From Flavobacteriales bacterium (GTDB lineage Bacteria > Bacteroidota > Bacteroidia > Flavobacteriales_E > Vicingaceae), in NCBI GenBank assembly GCA_013359255.1, contig JABWCF010000015.1:26-64025 (forward strand): a stretch of DNA of 64,000 nucleotides, written 5' to 3'. Position numbers and translations under genes: made by a program. Numbering within the stretch: the first letter of the stretch is position 1; every line of letters starts with the position of its first letter. The notes beneath the pieces are model-generated. The model was not told where the DNA came from. It worked only from the letters and a program-made list of their open reading frames with translations, and ran no database searches. This document shows positions 55,474 to 64,000 of the stretch, in pieces.

Positions 55474-56436
55474 ATGATTGTAGTAACAGGTGCCGCAGGA
55501 TTTGTTGGAAGTTGTTTAATTTCTCTTCTTAATCAACAGGGATACAAAGACGTTGTAGCCGTTGACGATTTTTCTTCGGAAACGAAAAATAAAAATTTTG
55601 AAAATAAAAGACTAACCGCTAAAATTCATCGCAATGATTTTTTTAGATGGTTAGACGAAAACGAAAAATTTGTACAGTTTATTTTTCATATCGGTGCAAG
55701 AACAGATACCACAGAATTTGATGTGTCCATCTTTAATACACTAAACCTAGAGTACTCAAAAAAGGTGTGGGAGAAATGCGTGCAATATGGCCTACCCTTA
55801 GTGTACGCATCATCGGCAGCTACATACGGAATGGGCGAGCATGGATATAGCGACAACCTTTCTCCTTCGGTTTTAAAGCCGCTCAACCCTTATGGACATT
55901 CAAAAAACGATTTCGATAAATGGGCTTTAGAACAAGAAAGAAAACCATACTTCTGGGCCGGACTCAAGTTTTTTAATGTTTATGGCCCCAACGAATACCA
56001 CAAAGGAAGAATGGCATCGGTTATTTTTCATGCGTACAAACAAATCATCGATTCCGGAAAACTTAATTTATTTCAATCACACAATTCTCTGTTCAAAGAT
56101 GGAGAACAAATGCGCGATTTTGTGTATGTTAAAGATGTAATTAATGTTTGTTTGTTTTTAATGGAACATCGTAAAAACAATGGTATTTATAACCTTGGTT
56201 CCGGAAAAGCAAGAACCTTTTTAGATTTAGCTAATCATACTTTTTCTGCATTAAACAAAAAACCCGATATTCATTTTATTCCTACTCCGGAAGATATACG
56301 TGGCAAGTACCAGTATTTTACCGAAGCCGATATGCAAAAATTATATTCCATTGGCTACAACAAACCATTTTACAGCCTCGAGGAAGGCGTAAAGGATTAT
56401 GTAAAAAATTATTTGATGAAGAACAGCTATTTTTAG
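55474..56436 (+). CDS. rfaD: ADP-L-glycero-D-manno-heptose 6-epimerase
   Basis: TGAAGFVG, YASSAATYG, YGHSK, FNVYGPNEYHKGRMAS, RDFVYV, YQYFTEAD. Confidence 0.93.
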   Translation: MIVVTGAAGFVGSCLISLLNQQGYKDVVAVDDFSSETKNKNFENKRLTAKIHRNDFFRWLDENEKFVQFIFHIGARTDTTEFDVSIFNTLNLEYSKKVWEKCVQYGLPLVYASSAATYGMGEHGYSDNLSPSVLKPLNPYGHSKNDFDKWALEQERKPYFWAGLKFFNVYGPNEYHKGRMASVIFHAYKQIIDSGKLNLFQSHNSLFKDGEQMRDFVYVKDVINVCLFLMEHRKNNGIYNLGSGKARTFLDLANHTFSALNKKPDIHFIPTPEDIRGKYQYFTEADMQKLYSIGYNKPFYSLEEGVKDYVKNYLMKNSYF

Positions 56437-56804
56437 TGTAAACTTTGTTTCAGTTGTTTTAATTTTAAACGAAGTTCTATTAATCGTTTTTTTAATTCTT
56501 CTTCCTTTTGCGTACTCTTTAAAGCCGAAACCAATGGAAGCTCTTCTTTAATTTTCAGGGCTTTTTTGGCCCCTTCTAATGTGTAACCCTGAACCTTTAC
56601 AAGTTGGTAAATTTTTTCAAAAATTTCCAAATCTTTTTTTGTAAACAAGCGATTTCCCTTGCTGCTTTTGTGCAGATGAATAATTGCAAACTCTTTTTCC
56701 CAAAAACGAATTAAAGAATGTTTTACTTTATACATGCTGGCTACTTCGCCAATGGTGTAATATAACTTATCTGTTTGCATATTGGAGCAGATAAAGATAA
56801 ACAA
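56433..56804 (-). CDS. MerR family transcriptional regulator
   Basis: YTIGEVA...IRFWEKEF...GNRLF. Confidence 0.88.
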   Translation of the reverse strand: MFIFICSNMQTDKLYYTIGEVASMYKVKHSLIRFWEKEFAIIHLHKSSKGNRLFTKKDLEIFEKIYQLVKVQGYTLEGAKKALKIKEELPLVSALKSTQKEEELKKRLIELRLKLKQLKQSLH

Positions 56805-56809
56805 AAAAA

Positions 56810-57781
56810 CTAATCGAGAGCCTGAGTGGGGTCGTTCGCAAGCTGAATAAGTCGGTCGTACTCTTCCGGGGTTAAGTCGTTAAAGAAAAAGTTGATGGGA
56901 TTAATCGGATTGTCATTTTTTCGCACCTCATAGTGCAGATGAGGCCCAACTGATTTTCCTGTATTACCAACATACCCGATTATATCGCCACGTTTCACTT
57001 TTTGAGATGCTTTTACGGCCATTTTGCTTAAGTGTGCATATAGGGTTACATATCCGTAGCCATGATTAATACGAATAAAATTGCCATATCCCGAGTATCC
57101 TTCTGCGTAAGGCATAATCACTCCATCACCGGTTGCATATACAGGAGTTCCTATGGGTGCGGTAAAATCTATGCCTGCATGAAATTTGGTGGTTTTATAC
57201 ACCGGATCTATTCTAAACCCAAAGCCCGAAGCCATATATTTTAATTCTTTGTTCGAAACAGGCTGTATGGCCGGAATGGAAGCCAATAATTGTTCTTTTT
57301 TCTTGGCCATGGAAAACACCTCATCGTACGATTTGGACTGAATATAAAGTTGTTTCGAAATTTTATCTACCCTTTTGGTGGTTTCAACTAATAAATCGGA
57401 GCTTCTAAAACCCTCCATGTGTTTGTAGCGGTTTATGCCGCCAAACCCTGCATTTCTGATGTTTTCCGAAATGGGTTCAGCCTCAAAAATGACACGATAA
57501 ATATTGTTATCGCGAGTCTGAATATCATTTAATACCATTTCAATATCTTCCATTCGTTTATGAAGAATTTTATATTGTGCCTGTAGCTGATAATTTTCTT
57601 CCTGTAATATCTTTTCTTTGGGCGATTCTACAATCAGGTAAACAATATACACCATACCGGACGCTATTACACCCGATGTAACAAAATAACCCATAGCCCT
57701 TAAAATACGAGTACGCCAAGTTATTTTTACCTTTTCGTAATCGAGCGTTTGGGTATTATACCTGTATTTTATTTTAGACAT
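56810..57781 (-). CDS. M23 family metallopeptidase
   Basis: HAGIDF, YAHL, HLHYEV. Confidence 0.92.
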   Translation of the reverse strand: MSKIKYRYNTQTLDYEKVKITWRTRILRAMGYFVTSGVIASGMVYIVYLIVESPKEKILQEENYQLQAQYKILHKRMEDIEMVLNDIQTRDNNIYRVIFEAEPISENIRNAGFGGINRYKHMEGFRSSDLLVETTKRVDKISKQLYIQSKSYDEVFSMAKKKEQLLASIPAIQPVSNKELKYMASGFGFRIDPVYKTTKFHAGIDFTAPIGTPVYATGDGVIMPYAEGYSGYGNFIRINHGYGYVTLYAHLSKMAVKASQKVKRGDIIGYVGNTGKSVGPHLHYEVRKNDNPINPINFFFNDLTPEEYDRLIQLANDPTQALD

Positions 57782-57796
57782 TCTGCTTTAATTCAT

Positions 57797-57831
57797 TATT
57801 TTTGGCAACCGTTGCAGCGTATGCAAATATA
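57797..57831. promoter_or_regulatory. divergent -7 boxes for alaS (+) and the M23 gene (-)
   Basis: TATTTTTG at 57797 (+) and TATATTTG at 57824-57831 (-). Confidence 0.35.
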
Positions 57832-57914
57832 AAACTACAAACTCACTTTGCCAAGTTTTATAAATACGATGCCGCACTTGTTAAATATAGGATTAACAAA
57901 CATTAACATTCTAC

Positions 57915-60530
57915 ATGAATTCTACTGAAGTACGCGAAAAGTTTTTGCAATTTTTTAAAAATAAAAAACACGAAAGAGTGGCATCGGCTCCCATGGTTAT
58001 TAAGAACGACCCCACGCTGATGTTTACCAATGCCGGAATGAACCAGTTTAAAGATATTTTCTTAGGAAACTCTCCCGTTCAATTTCCCCGCATTGCCAAT
58101 ACCCAAAAATGCTTGCGCGTTTCAGGAAAACATAACGATTTGGAAGAAGTAGGAGTAGATACCTATCATCATACCATGTTTGAAATGCTTGGAAACTGGA
58201 GCTTTGGCGATTATTTTAAAAAAGAGGCCATTGAGTGGGCATGGGAATTGCTTACCGAAGTGTATAAACTAGATAAAGATAAACTTTATGTTACCATATT
58301 TGAAGGTAGTTTAGATGATGCGTTGGATTTTGACCAAGAAGCCTTCGATTGCTGGAAAAAATGGATACCGGAAAACCGTATTTTAAAAGGAAATAAAAAA
58401 GATAATTTTTGGGAAATGGGCGATACTGGACCTTGTGGCCCTTGTTCCGAAATACACATAGACTTGCGTAGCGATGAAGAAATAAAAAAACAAAGCGGAG
58501 ATAAATTGGTGAATACAGGACACCCGCAGGTAATAGAAATATGGAATTTGGTTTTTATGCAATACAACCGCATGGCCAATGGAGAATTAAAACCTCTTCC
58601 GGCAAAACATGTTGATACAGGCATGGGTTTCGAGAGGCTTTGCATGGCACTGCAAGGAAAAACTTCTAACTACGATACCGATGTGTTTATGCCTTATATA
58701 AAAGAGCTAGAAACCATTTGCTCGTTTCAATATGCTCACTCTTCCTCTAAACAGGATATTGCCTTTCGGGTAATTGCCGACCATTTGCGAGCTATCTCTT
58801 TTTCTATTGCCGATGGACAACTTCCATCAAATACGGGTTCAGGGTACGTTATACGCAGAATTTTAAGACGGGCAGTGCGTTACGGATACAGTTTCCTTTC
58901 CCTAAAAGAACCATTTATTTACAGGCTGGTTCCTGCTCTTGCTCACCATATGGGAGTCTCGTTTCCTGAATTAAAAGCACAGGAAAAATTAATTGTAAAA
59001 GTAATACTTGAAGAAGAACAAAGTTTTTTACGAACCTTAGAACAAGGAATATCCCGCTTCGAAAAATATATTCACGAACACTCTTCTACTAAAATTATAA
59101 ACGGAACTTTTGCCTTCGAACTTTACGATACCTTTGGATTTCCCATTGATCTTACTCATCTTTTAGCCAAAGAATCGGGGTTTGAAATAGACATGCCTTC
59201 TTTCAACCAGTGTTTGCAGTTACAAAAAGAACGCTCTCGGGCTGCTACTAAAATAGAAACTTTCGATTGGATAGAACTGCAACCATTTAAAGCAACAGAG
59301 TTTTTAGGTTACGACCACACACAGGCAGAAATCAAATTACTACAATACAGAAAAATTAAAACCAAAGAGAAAGAGTTGTTTCAACTGGTTTTTGATAAAA
59401 CCCCGTTTTATCCCGAAGGAGGGGGGCAAATAGGCGATACCGGTTTTTTAGAATACAACGGTTCTAAAACATACGTTATCGATACCAAAAAAGAAAACAA
59501 CCTTATTATACATTTTGCCGAAAAACTTCCCGAACCAACAGATGCCACTTTTAATGCTTTTATTGATGATAGAAAAAGAATAGCCACCGCAAAAAATCAC
59601 TCGGCTACGCATTTATTACACTATGCATTAAGAAAAGTGATAGGAACACACGTAGAACAAAAAGGCTCTTTGGTAACTCCCGACTATTTGCGTTTTGATT
59701 TTTCGCATTTTCAAAAAGTAACCGATGAAGAACTTAGTCAGATAGAAAGATGGGTTAACGAAACGATTTCAAATGCAATTGCATTAGAAGAAATGCGAAA
59801 TGCCCCTATTGCAGAAGCCGAAAAAATGGGAGCCATGATGCTGTTTGGAGAAAAATACGGTAATACGGTAAGGATAATAAAATATGGGCAGTCGGTTGAG
59901 TTGTGCGGGGGTATTCACGTATCAAACACCTCGCAAATTTCTTTGTTTAAAATTATTTCTGAAAGTTCGGTTGCTGCAGGAGTAAGAAGAATTGAAGCCA
60001 TTACTTCGCAAAAAGCAGAGGAGTTTATTAATGCAAAAATTCAACTGCTGGAAGAAATTAAAACATTGCTTAAAAATCCTAAAGATCTTAAGAAAGCAAT
60101 AATTGAACTGCAAAGTAAAAACGAAGAGCTGCAAAAAAAGACCGATACATTGCTGCACGAAAAGGCTAAAATAATCAAAGCAGAATTAAAAAATAATTTG
60201 CACTTAGAAAATCAAATTCATTTTTATATTGGAAAAATTAATCTAAGCGATGCAGCCTCCCTTAAAGACATTTCTTTTCAGTTAATGAAAGAATACGATA
60301 ATTTATTTTTGGTATTAGGAGCAGAACTTGATAATAAACCTCTTATTACCGTTGTTATTTCCGAACAATTAGCCAAACAAAAAAACTGGCATGCAGGAAA
60401 TATGACAAAAGAATTGGCAAAAGAAATAAGGGGTGGTGGAGGTGGACAGGCTTTTTATGCTACTGCAGGAGGCTCCGATATAAATGGCCTTAATCATGTT
60501 TTTGAAAAAGCAAAAAAGTTTATTTTATGA
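57915..60530 (+). CDS. alaS: alanine--tRNA ligase
   Basis: FTNAGMNQFK, HHTMFEMLGNWSFGDYFK, DTGMGFERL, HSATHLLH, ELCGGIHV, GGGGG. Confidence 0.98.
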   Translation: MNSTEVREKFLQFFKNKKHERVASAPMVIKNDPTLMFTNAGMNQFKDIFLGNSPVQFPRIANTQKCLRVSGKHNDLEEVGVDTYHHTMFEMLGNWSFGDYFKKEAIEWAWELLTEVYKLDKDKLYVTIFEGSLDDALDFDQEAFDCWKKWIPENRILKGNKKDNFWEMGDTGPCGPCSEIHIDLRSDEEIKKQSGDKLVNTGHPQVIEIWNLVFMQYNRMANGELKPLPAKHVDTGMGFERLCMALQGKTSNYDTDVFMPYIKELETICSFQYAHSSSKQDIAFRVIADHLRAISFSIADGQLPSNTGSGYVIRRILRRAVRYGYSFLSLKEPFIYRLVPALAHHMGVSFPELKAQEKLIVKVILEEEQSFLRTLEQGISRFEKYIHEHSSTKIINGTFAFELYDTFGFPIDLTHLLAKESGFEIDMPSFNQCLQLQKERSRAATKIETFDWIELQPFKATEFLGYDHTQAEIKLLQYRKIKTKEKELFQLVFDKTPFYPEGGGQIGDTGFLEYNGSKTYVIDTKKENNLIIHFAEKLPEPTDATFNAFIDDRKRIATAKNHSATHLLHYALRKVIGTHVEQKGSLVTPDYLRFDFSHFQKVTDEELSQIERWVNETISNAIALEEMRNAPIAEAEKMGAMMLFGEKYGNTVRIIKYGQSVELCGGIHVSNTSQISLFKIISESSVAAGVRRIEAITSQKAEEFINAKIQLLEEIKTLLKNPKDLKKAIIELQSKNEELQKKTDTLLHEKAKIIKAELKNNLHLENQIHFYIGKINLSDAASLKDISFQLMKEYDNLFLVLGAELDNKPLITVVISEQLAKQKNWHAGNMTKELAKEIRGGGGGQAFYATAGGSDINGLNHVFEKAKKFIL

Positions 60531-61693
60531 AAATAATATTCTTTTTTATACTTTCTCTTTTTCTTTTTTCAGAAATCTTTTCACAAAGTTTTCAGGTAGG
60601 GATTACCAGCAAAACGTATACCGATGTAAATCGTAACAATAGGCAGGTAAAAGCCGAAATTTATTACCCTGCCTTATCGGCCGGAAATAATACAACTCCT
60701 GCCAACGGAAAATTTCCGTTTATTGTTTTCGGGCATGGCTTTGTGATGACGTACACGGCCTACGAAAATCTTAGCAGTGAGTGGATTCCCAAAGGGTATA
60801 TTATCGTTTTTGCAAATACCGAAACAGGATTTTCTCCCAACCACGAAGAGTTTGGTAAAGATTTAAGATTTTTGGTCAATTCATTTTTAATGGATAATTC
60901 CAATAATGCATTTCTTCTATATAATAAAATAGATTCTGCCTCGGCTATTATGGGACATAGCATGGGTGGAGGCAGTTCTTTTTTGGCAGCTGCTAACAAC
61001 AACAGTATTAAAACCGTTATAGGATTTGCTCCAGCCGAAACCAATCCATCGGCCATCACAACTGCGGCTAATGTAACAGTTCCTGCTTTAATTCTTTCGG
61101 GCGAAAAAGATGGGGTTACGCCTCCTGCCCAACATCATTTGCCCATTTATAATGCATTGGCTTCTGTTTGCAAAACATTTGTAAACATTAAAGGAGGCGC
61201 ACACTGCTATTTTGCAAAACCAAATTTTAACTGCGATTTTGGTGAAACAACCTCTTCTCCGGGTATTAGTATTACACGTCAGGAGCAGCAACAGGTTACG
61301 TACGATTTGTTGGGCTTGTGGTTAAATTATTATTTAAAAAACGATACCAATTCCTTGTCTGTTTTTTTAGATTCGCTTCAACAATCGAATCGCATTACGT
61401 ATCAAAATTCCTGTGTAATACCTAGTGCAGCTGAGGTAAACATTTTGCAAAAAATGGAGTTTGAAATTTTTCCTAATCCGGCTAGCGACTACCTTAGTGT
61501 AACTTCAGATGAGTTCCCTTACGAACTAAAAATATTTTCGGCAGATGGGCGGTGGTCTAGGCTCGAAAGGATTTTTGAATATTCTCAATGCATTGACCTA
61601 TCGACTTTTCCCAATGGTCTTTACTTTGTTTCATTTCATTATGAAAAAACGGTTTTGCATAAAAAATTATTCATTGTTCGCAATTCATTTTAA
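60527..61693 (+). CDS. T9SS-secreted alpha/beta hydrolase (chlorophyllase/cutinase-like)
   Basis: GHSMGGG nucleophile elbow; GEKDGV; GGAH; IFPNPA...GLYF C-terminal domain. Confidence 0.85.
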   Translation: MKIIFFFILSLFLFSEIFSQSFQVGITSKTYTDVNRNNRQVKAEIYYPALSAGNNTTPANGKFPFIVFGHGFVMTYTAYENLSSEWIPKGYIIVFANTETGFSPNHEEFGKDLRFLVNSFLMDNSNNAFLLYNKIDSASAIMGHSMGGGSSFLAAANNNSIKTVIGFAPAETNPSAITTAANVTVPALILSGEKDGVTPPAQHHLPIYNALASVCKTFVNIKGGAHCYFAKPNFNCDFGETTSSPGISITRQEQQQVTYDLLGLWLNYYLKNDTNSLSVFLDSLQQSNRITYQNSCVIPSAAEVNILQKMEFEIFPNPASDYLSVTSDEFPYELKIFSADGRWSRLERIFEYSQCIDLSTFPNGLYFVSFHYEKTVLHKKLFIVRNSF

Positions 61694-61704
61694 CGAAATC
61701 GTAT

Positions 61705-62934
61705 ATGCGAATTTTATACACCTTTGCCATACATCTTTATACGCTGGGTGTTTACATTGCTTCGTCTTTCAATACCAAAGCAACGAAATGGATTGAAGGT
61801 AGAAAAAACTGGAAAGCAGAATTAAAAGAAAAAATAAAAGATGAAAATTATTTTTGGGTGCATTGTGCCTCTTTGGGCGAATTTGAACAAGGCAGGCCAC
61901 TGATTGAAAAGCTAAAGAAAGAGCACCCACACATTCCTGTTTTACTTAGCTTTTTTTCACCATCAGGCTATGAAATACGCAAAAACTATTCCTATGCCGA
62001 TGTGATTTGTTATCTGCCTTCCGATACTCCAAAGAATGTAAAACAATTTTTAGACATTGTAAAACCTTCAGCCGTCTTTTTTATTAAATACGAATTTTGG
62101 TTTAATTACTTAAACGAAATAAAAGAGAGAAATATTCCGTGCTACTTAGTTTCCGGTGTATTTAGGCCTAATCAGCATTTTTTTAAAATTTACGGAAACT
62201 GGTTTAAAAAGCATTTAAACAGCTTTACTTTTTTCTTTTTGCAAAACGAAGAATCTTGTTTGCTGTTAAAAAAGATAGGTTTTACTAATTATTTAAAAAC
62301 GGGCGATACCCGTTTCGACAGATGCTTAGAAAACGCTGCTTTTGCCAAAGAAATAGAATCAATCAAAGAATTTAAAGAGAATCATTTTCTTGTGGTTGCC
62401 GGCAGTTCCTGGCCTTCTGAAGAAAAGATACTAGCGGCATATATAAACAAACAGCAACAACAGGTAAAATGTATTATTGCTCCACACGAGATTCATGAGG
62501 CACACTTAACATTTATTGAATCTTTATTTACCGTTCCTGTTGTTCGTTACTCCAAAGCAAGCAAAGAAAATATTCATAATGCTAAGGTGCTGCTGATAGA
62601 TAATATTGGCATGCTCTCTTCTCTTTATCAGTATGCCGATTTGGCTATTATTGGAGGAGCTTTTCACGGTAGATTGCATAACAGTTTGGAAGCTGCTGTT
62701 TTTGGTATTCCCGTTTTATTCGGCCCTAATCATCACAAAAATGCTGAGGCCAAAGACCTCATGGAACGTAAAGCGGCTTTTTCTTTTTCTACGATAGATG
62801 AATTTACAGAATGGATGAAAAAATTCCTGAATGAACCATCCTTTACAGCCAAATCCGGAAGTGCGGCAAAAACCTACATTGCCGAAAATATAGGAGCTAC
62901 CAATAAAATTTTGAAAGTCTTATTCAATAAATAA
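61705..62934 (+). CDS. waaA: 3-deoxy-D-manno-octulosonic acid (Kdo) transferase
   Basis: WVHCASLGEF, YLPSD, KYEFW, GDTRFD, IGG...HNSLEAA. Confidence 0.93.
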   Translation: MRILYTFAIHLYTLGVYIASSFNTKATKWIEGRKNWKAELKEKIKDENYFWVHCASLGEFEQGRPLIEKLKKEHPHIPVLLSFFSPSGYEIRKNYSYADVICYLPSDTPKNVKQFLDIVKPSAVFFIKYEFWFNYLNEIKERNIPCYLVSGVFRPNQHFFKIYGNWFKKHLNSFTFFFLQNEESCLLLKKIGFTNYLKTGDTRFDRCLENAAFAKEIESIKEFKENHFLVVAGSSWPSEEKILAAYINKQQQQVKCIIAPHEIHEAHLTFIESLFTVPVVRYSKASKENIHNAKVLLIDNIGMLSSLYQYADLAIIGGAFHGRLHNSLEAAVFGIPVLFGPNHHKNAEAKDLMERKAAFSFSTIDEFTEWMKKFLNEPSFTAKSGSAAKTYIAENIGATNKILKVLFNK

Positions 62935-63304
62935 TATATTCTTTTTTATTTTAAACCATTTGTCTGTGGTTTTATATGTTGCTTTTTTGAAAATGCTGAA
63001 ATCCGGTTAAAAAAATCTAGCGTTTTTGGCACTTCTTCTATTTGGCGGTACGCTTTCAGGTGTCTGTCAATCATCCGAATTCCCTTTACTGACGAGGCCT
63101 GTGACAGTTTTAGTAATTCATTCATAAATTCTATTGCAACGAATTATAAGCAAAAATACAAATTAAAAACATGAAATACAGATAGATAAAAACATACACC
63201 ACGCAATACATACTCAATTCTATTGCAACGATTTGAAAAAAGTGTTACAAAAAAATTATAATATTACTCTGTATTTTGTAGCACAAATTTTAAAAATACA
63301 TACC

Positions 63305-63513
63305 GTGAAAAACCAAACAAACTCATTCAACCATGTTTTGAAAGGCTTTGTCTTTCTTTTACTACTCAGTATTTCTTCATTAAGCCATGTGTAGTATTAC
63401 AAATAAATAAATAAATAATTGAAATACCTCTCGAAGATTTCGAAAAAGGTTTTTATGTTCTTTCGGTAGAAAACGATTTGCATAAAAACTCTTTTCAACT
63501 AAATAAGAGCTAA
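63305..63513 (+). pseudogene. possible relic of a T9SS cargo gene (signal peptide joined to a CTD-like tail)
   Basis: GTG-start MKNQTNSFNHVLKGFVFLLLLSISSLSHV*, then IIEIPLEDFEKGFYVLSVEND...* after an (AAAT)4 tract. Confidence 0.35.
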
Positions 63514-63588
63514 ATAAAATCAGGTGTATTAATGTATTGAGTTTTTTCTCTCTTGATAATTTTTGTTTAACTTTAAAAACCAATTTTT

Positions 63589-64000
63589 ATGAAAACTTTA
63601 TCTAAAATCTCAGCCTTGTTTGTGGTAATCTTTGCATACAATTTTCTGCAAGCTCAGCAAATGGTTTCCGAGCATTGGCAAGACAATCAAGGCTCCCAAG
63701 CTTTTTTTCAAAAATCGGTGGTACGTTCCGATGCTTCGGGCAATGCACATATTGCAGGTGCTACCCTTAACCAAAACGGAAATTACGATTTGTATCTTGC
63801 CAAATACAACGCCTCGGGTATTTTGCTGTGGGATGTAGTGTATGCCGGTGCGGGAGGCTGGCATGATGCCGCTGCCGACCTAAGGGTAGACGCCTCCGGC
63901 AATGTATATGTTACCGGCTCGGTCTTTACTTCTTCTAACGACAGCAACGATGTGATTACCCTAAAATACAATTCATCCGGAGTGTTGCAATGGAGCAAAA
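63589..64000 (+). CDS. secreted SBBP/beta-propeller repeat protein (runs off the window)
   Basis: My translation from ATG 63589: signal peptide, then DASGNAHIAG...LAKYNASG and VDASGNVYVTG...TLKYNSSG repeats. No stop, so it is absent from the ORF track. Confidence 0.85.
   Translation, partial: MKTLSKISALFVVIFAYNFLQAQQMVSEHWQDNQGSQAFFQKSVVRSDASGNAHIAGATLNQNGNYDLYLAKYNASGILLWDVVYAGAGGWHDAAADLRVDASGNVYVTGSVFTSSNDSNDVITLKYNSSGVLQWSK

Noticed and set aside
882-62797. Numerous 60-120 aa ORFs antisense or out of frame within long genes
   Set aside because: Shadow ORFs of well-supported genes.
62973-63125. 50-codon minus-strand ORF (MNELLKLSQ...) downstream of waaA
   Set aside because: Too short and featureless to call without homology evidence.
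1-64000. Integrase, transposase, tRNA, rRNA or cas genes
   Set aside because: No tyrosine-recombinase (R-H-x-x-R-H-Y), DDE or Cas motifs were recognised in any ORF, and no tRNA or rRNA signature was seen by eye. The 22704 nuclease is Cas4-like in its Cys pattern, but no CRISPR context is present.

Overview
A Bacteroidota-type chromosomal segment, judged from T9SS C-terminal domains, TAnnTTTG promoter boxes and gene content. Housekeeping genes occupy ~1-8.75 kb (S41 protease, dCMP deaminase, polyprenyl synthase, dnaG, ClC channel, SDR). A second, mostly core-looking region occupies ~42.9-64 kb (T9SS cargo proteins, xth, peptide-binding lipoprotein, OmpA/MotB, rfaD, M23 peptidase, alaS, waaA). 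Between them lies a ~34 kb accessory island. Its first 28 kb (8871-36677) is a tandem array of integron-like gene cassettes with no integrase in the window. Six intact ~130-bp imperfect palindromes (AAC...GTT), one degenerate copy and one shorter variant site separate the cassettes. In 7 of 8 cassettes, the crossover G plus the first 8-12 bases (9-13 bp) is the exact reverse complement of the left core of the site that closes that same cassette, and the sequence differs in each case. This is the footprint expected of circular cassettes integrated at G|TT. The cargo includes a T9SS glycoside hydrolase plus a methyltransferase (4.7 kb) and an 11.7-kb four-gene Druantia-like helicase/nuclease/m5C-MTase operon. 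It also includes a PvuII-like MTase-HerA-NurA operon (4.8 kb), McrBC, a metallophosphoesterase, an ORF-less 176-bp mini-cassette with a G|AT core, an inverted Fic cassette and a damaged cassette. A second hairpin family (CACATT...AAAGAG) brackets the cargo inside the three largest cassettes. A redox/stress gene block (36.9-42.8 kb) follows an unclosed cassette start. No rRNA, tRNA or CRISPR array was seen. All protein calls come from motif reading; no searches were run.
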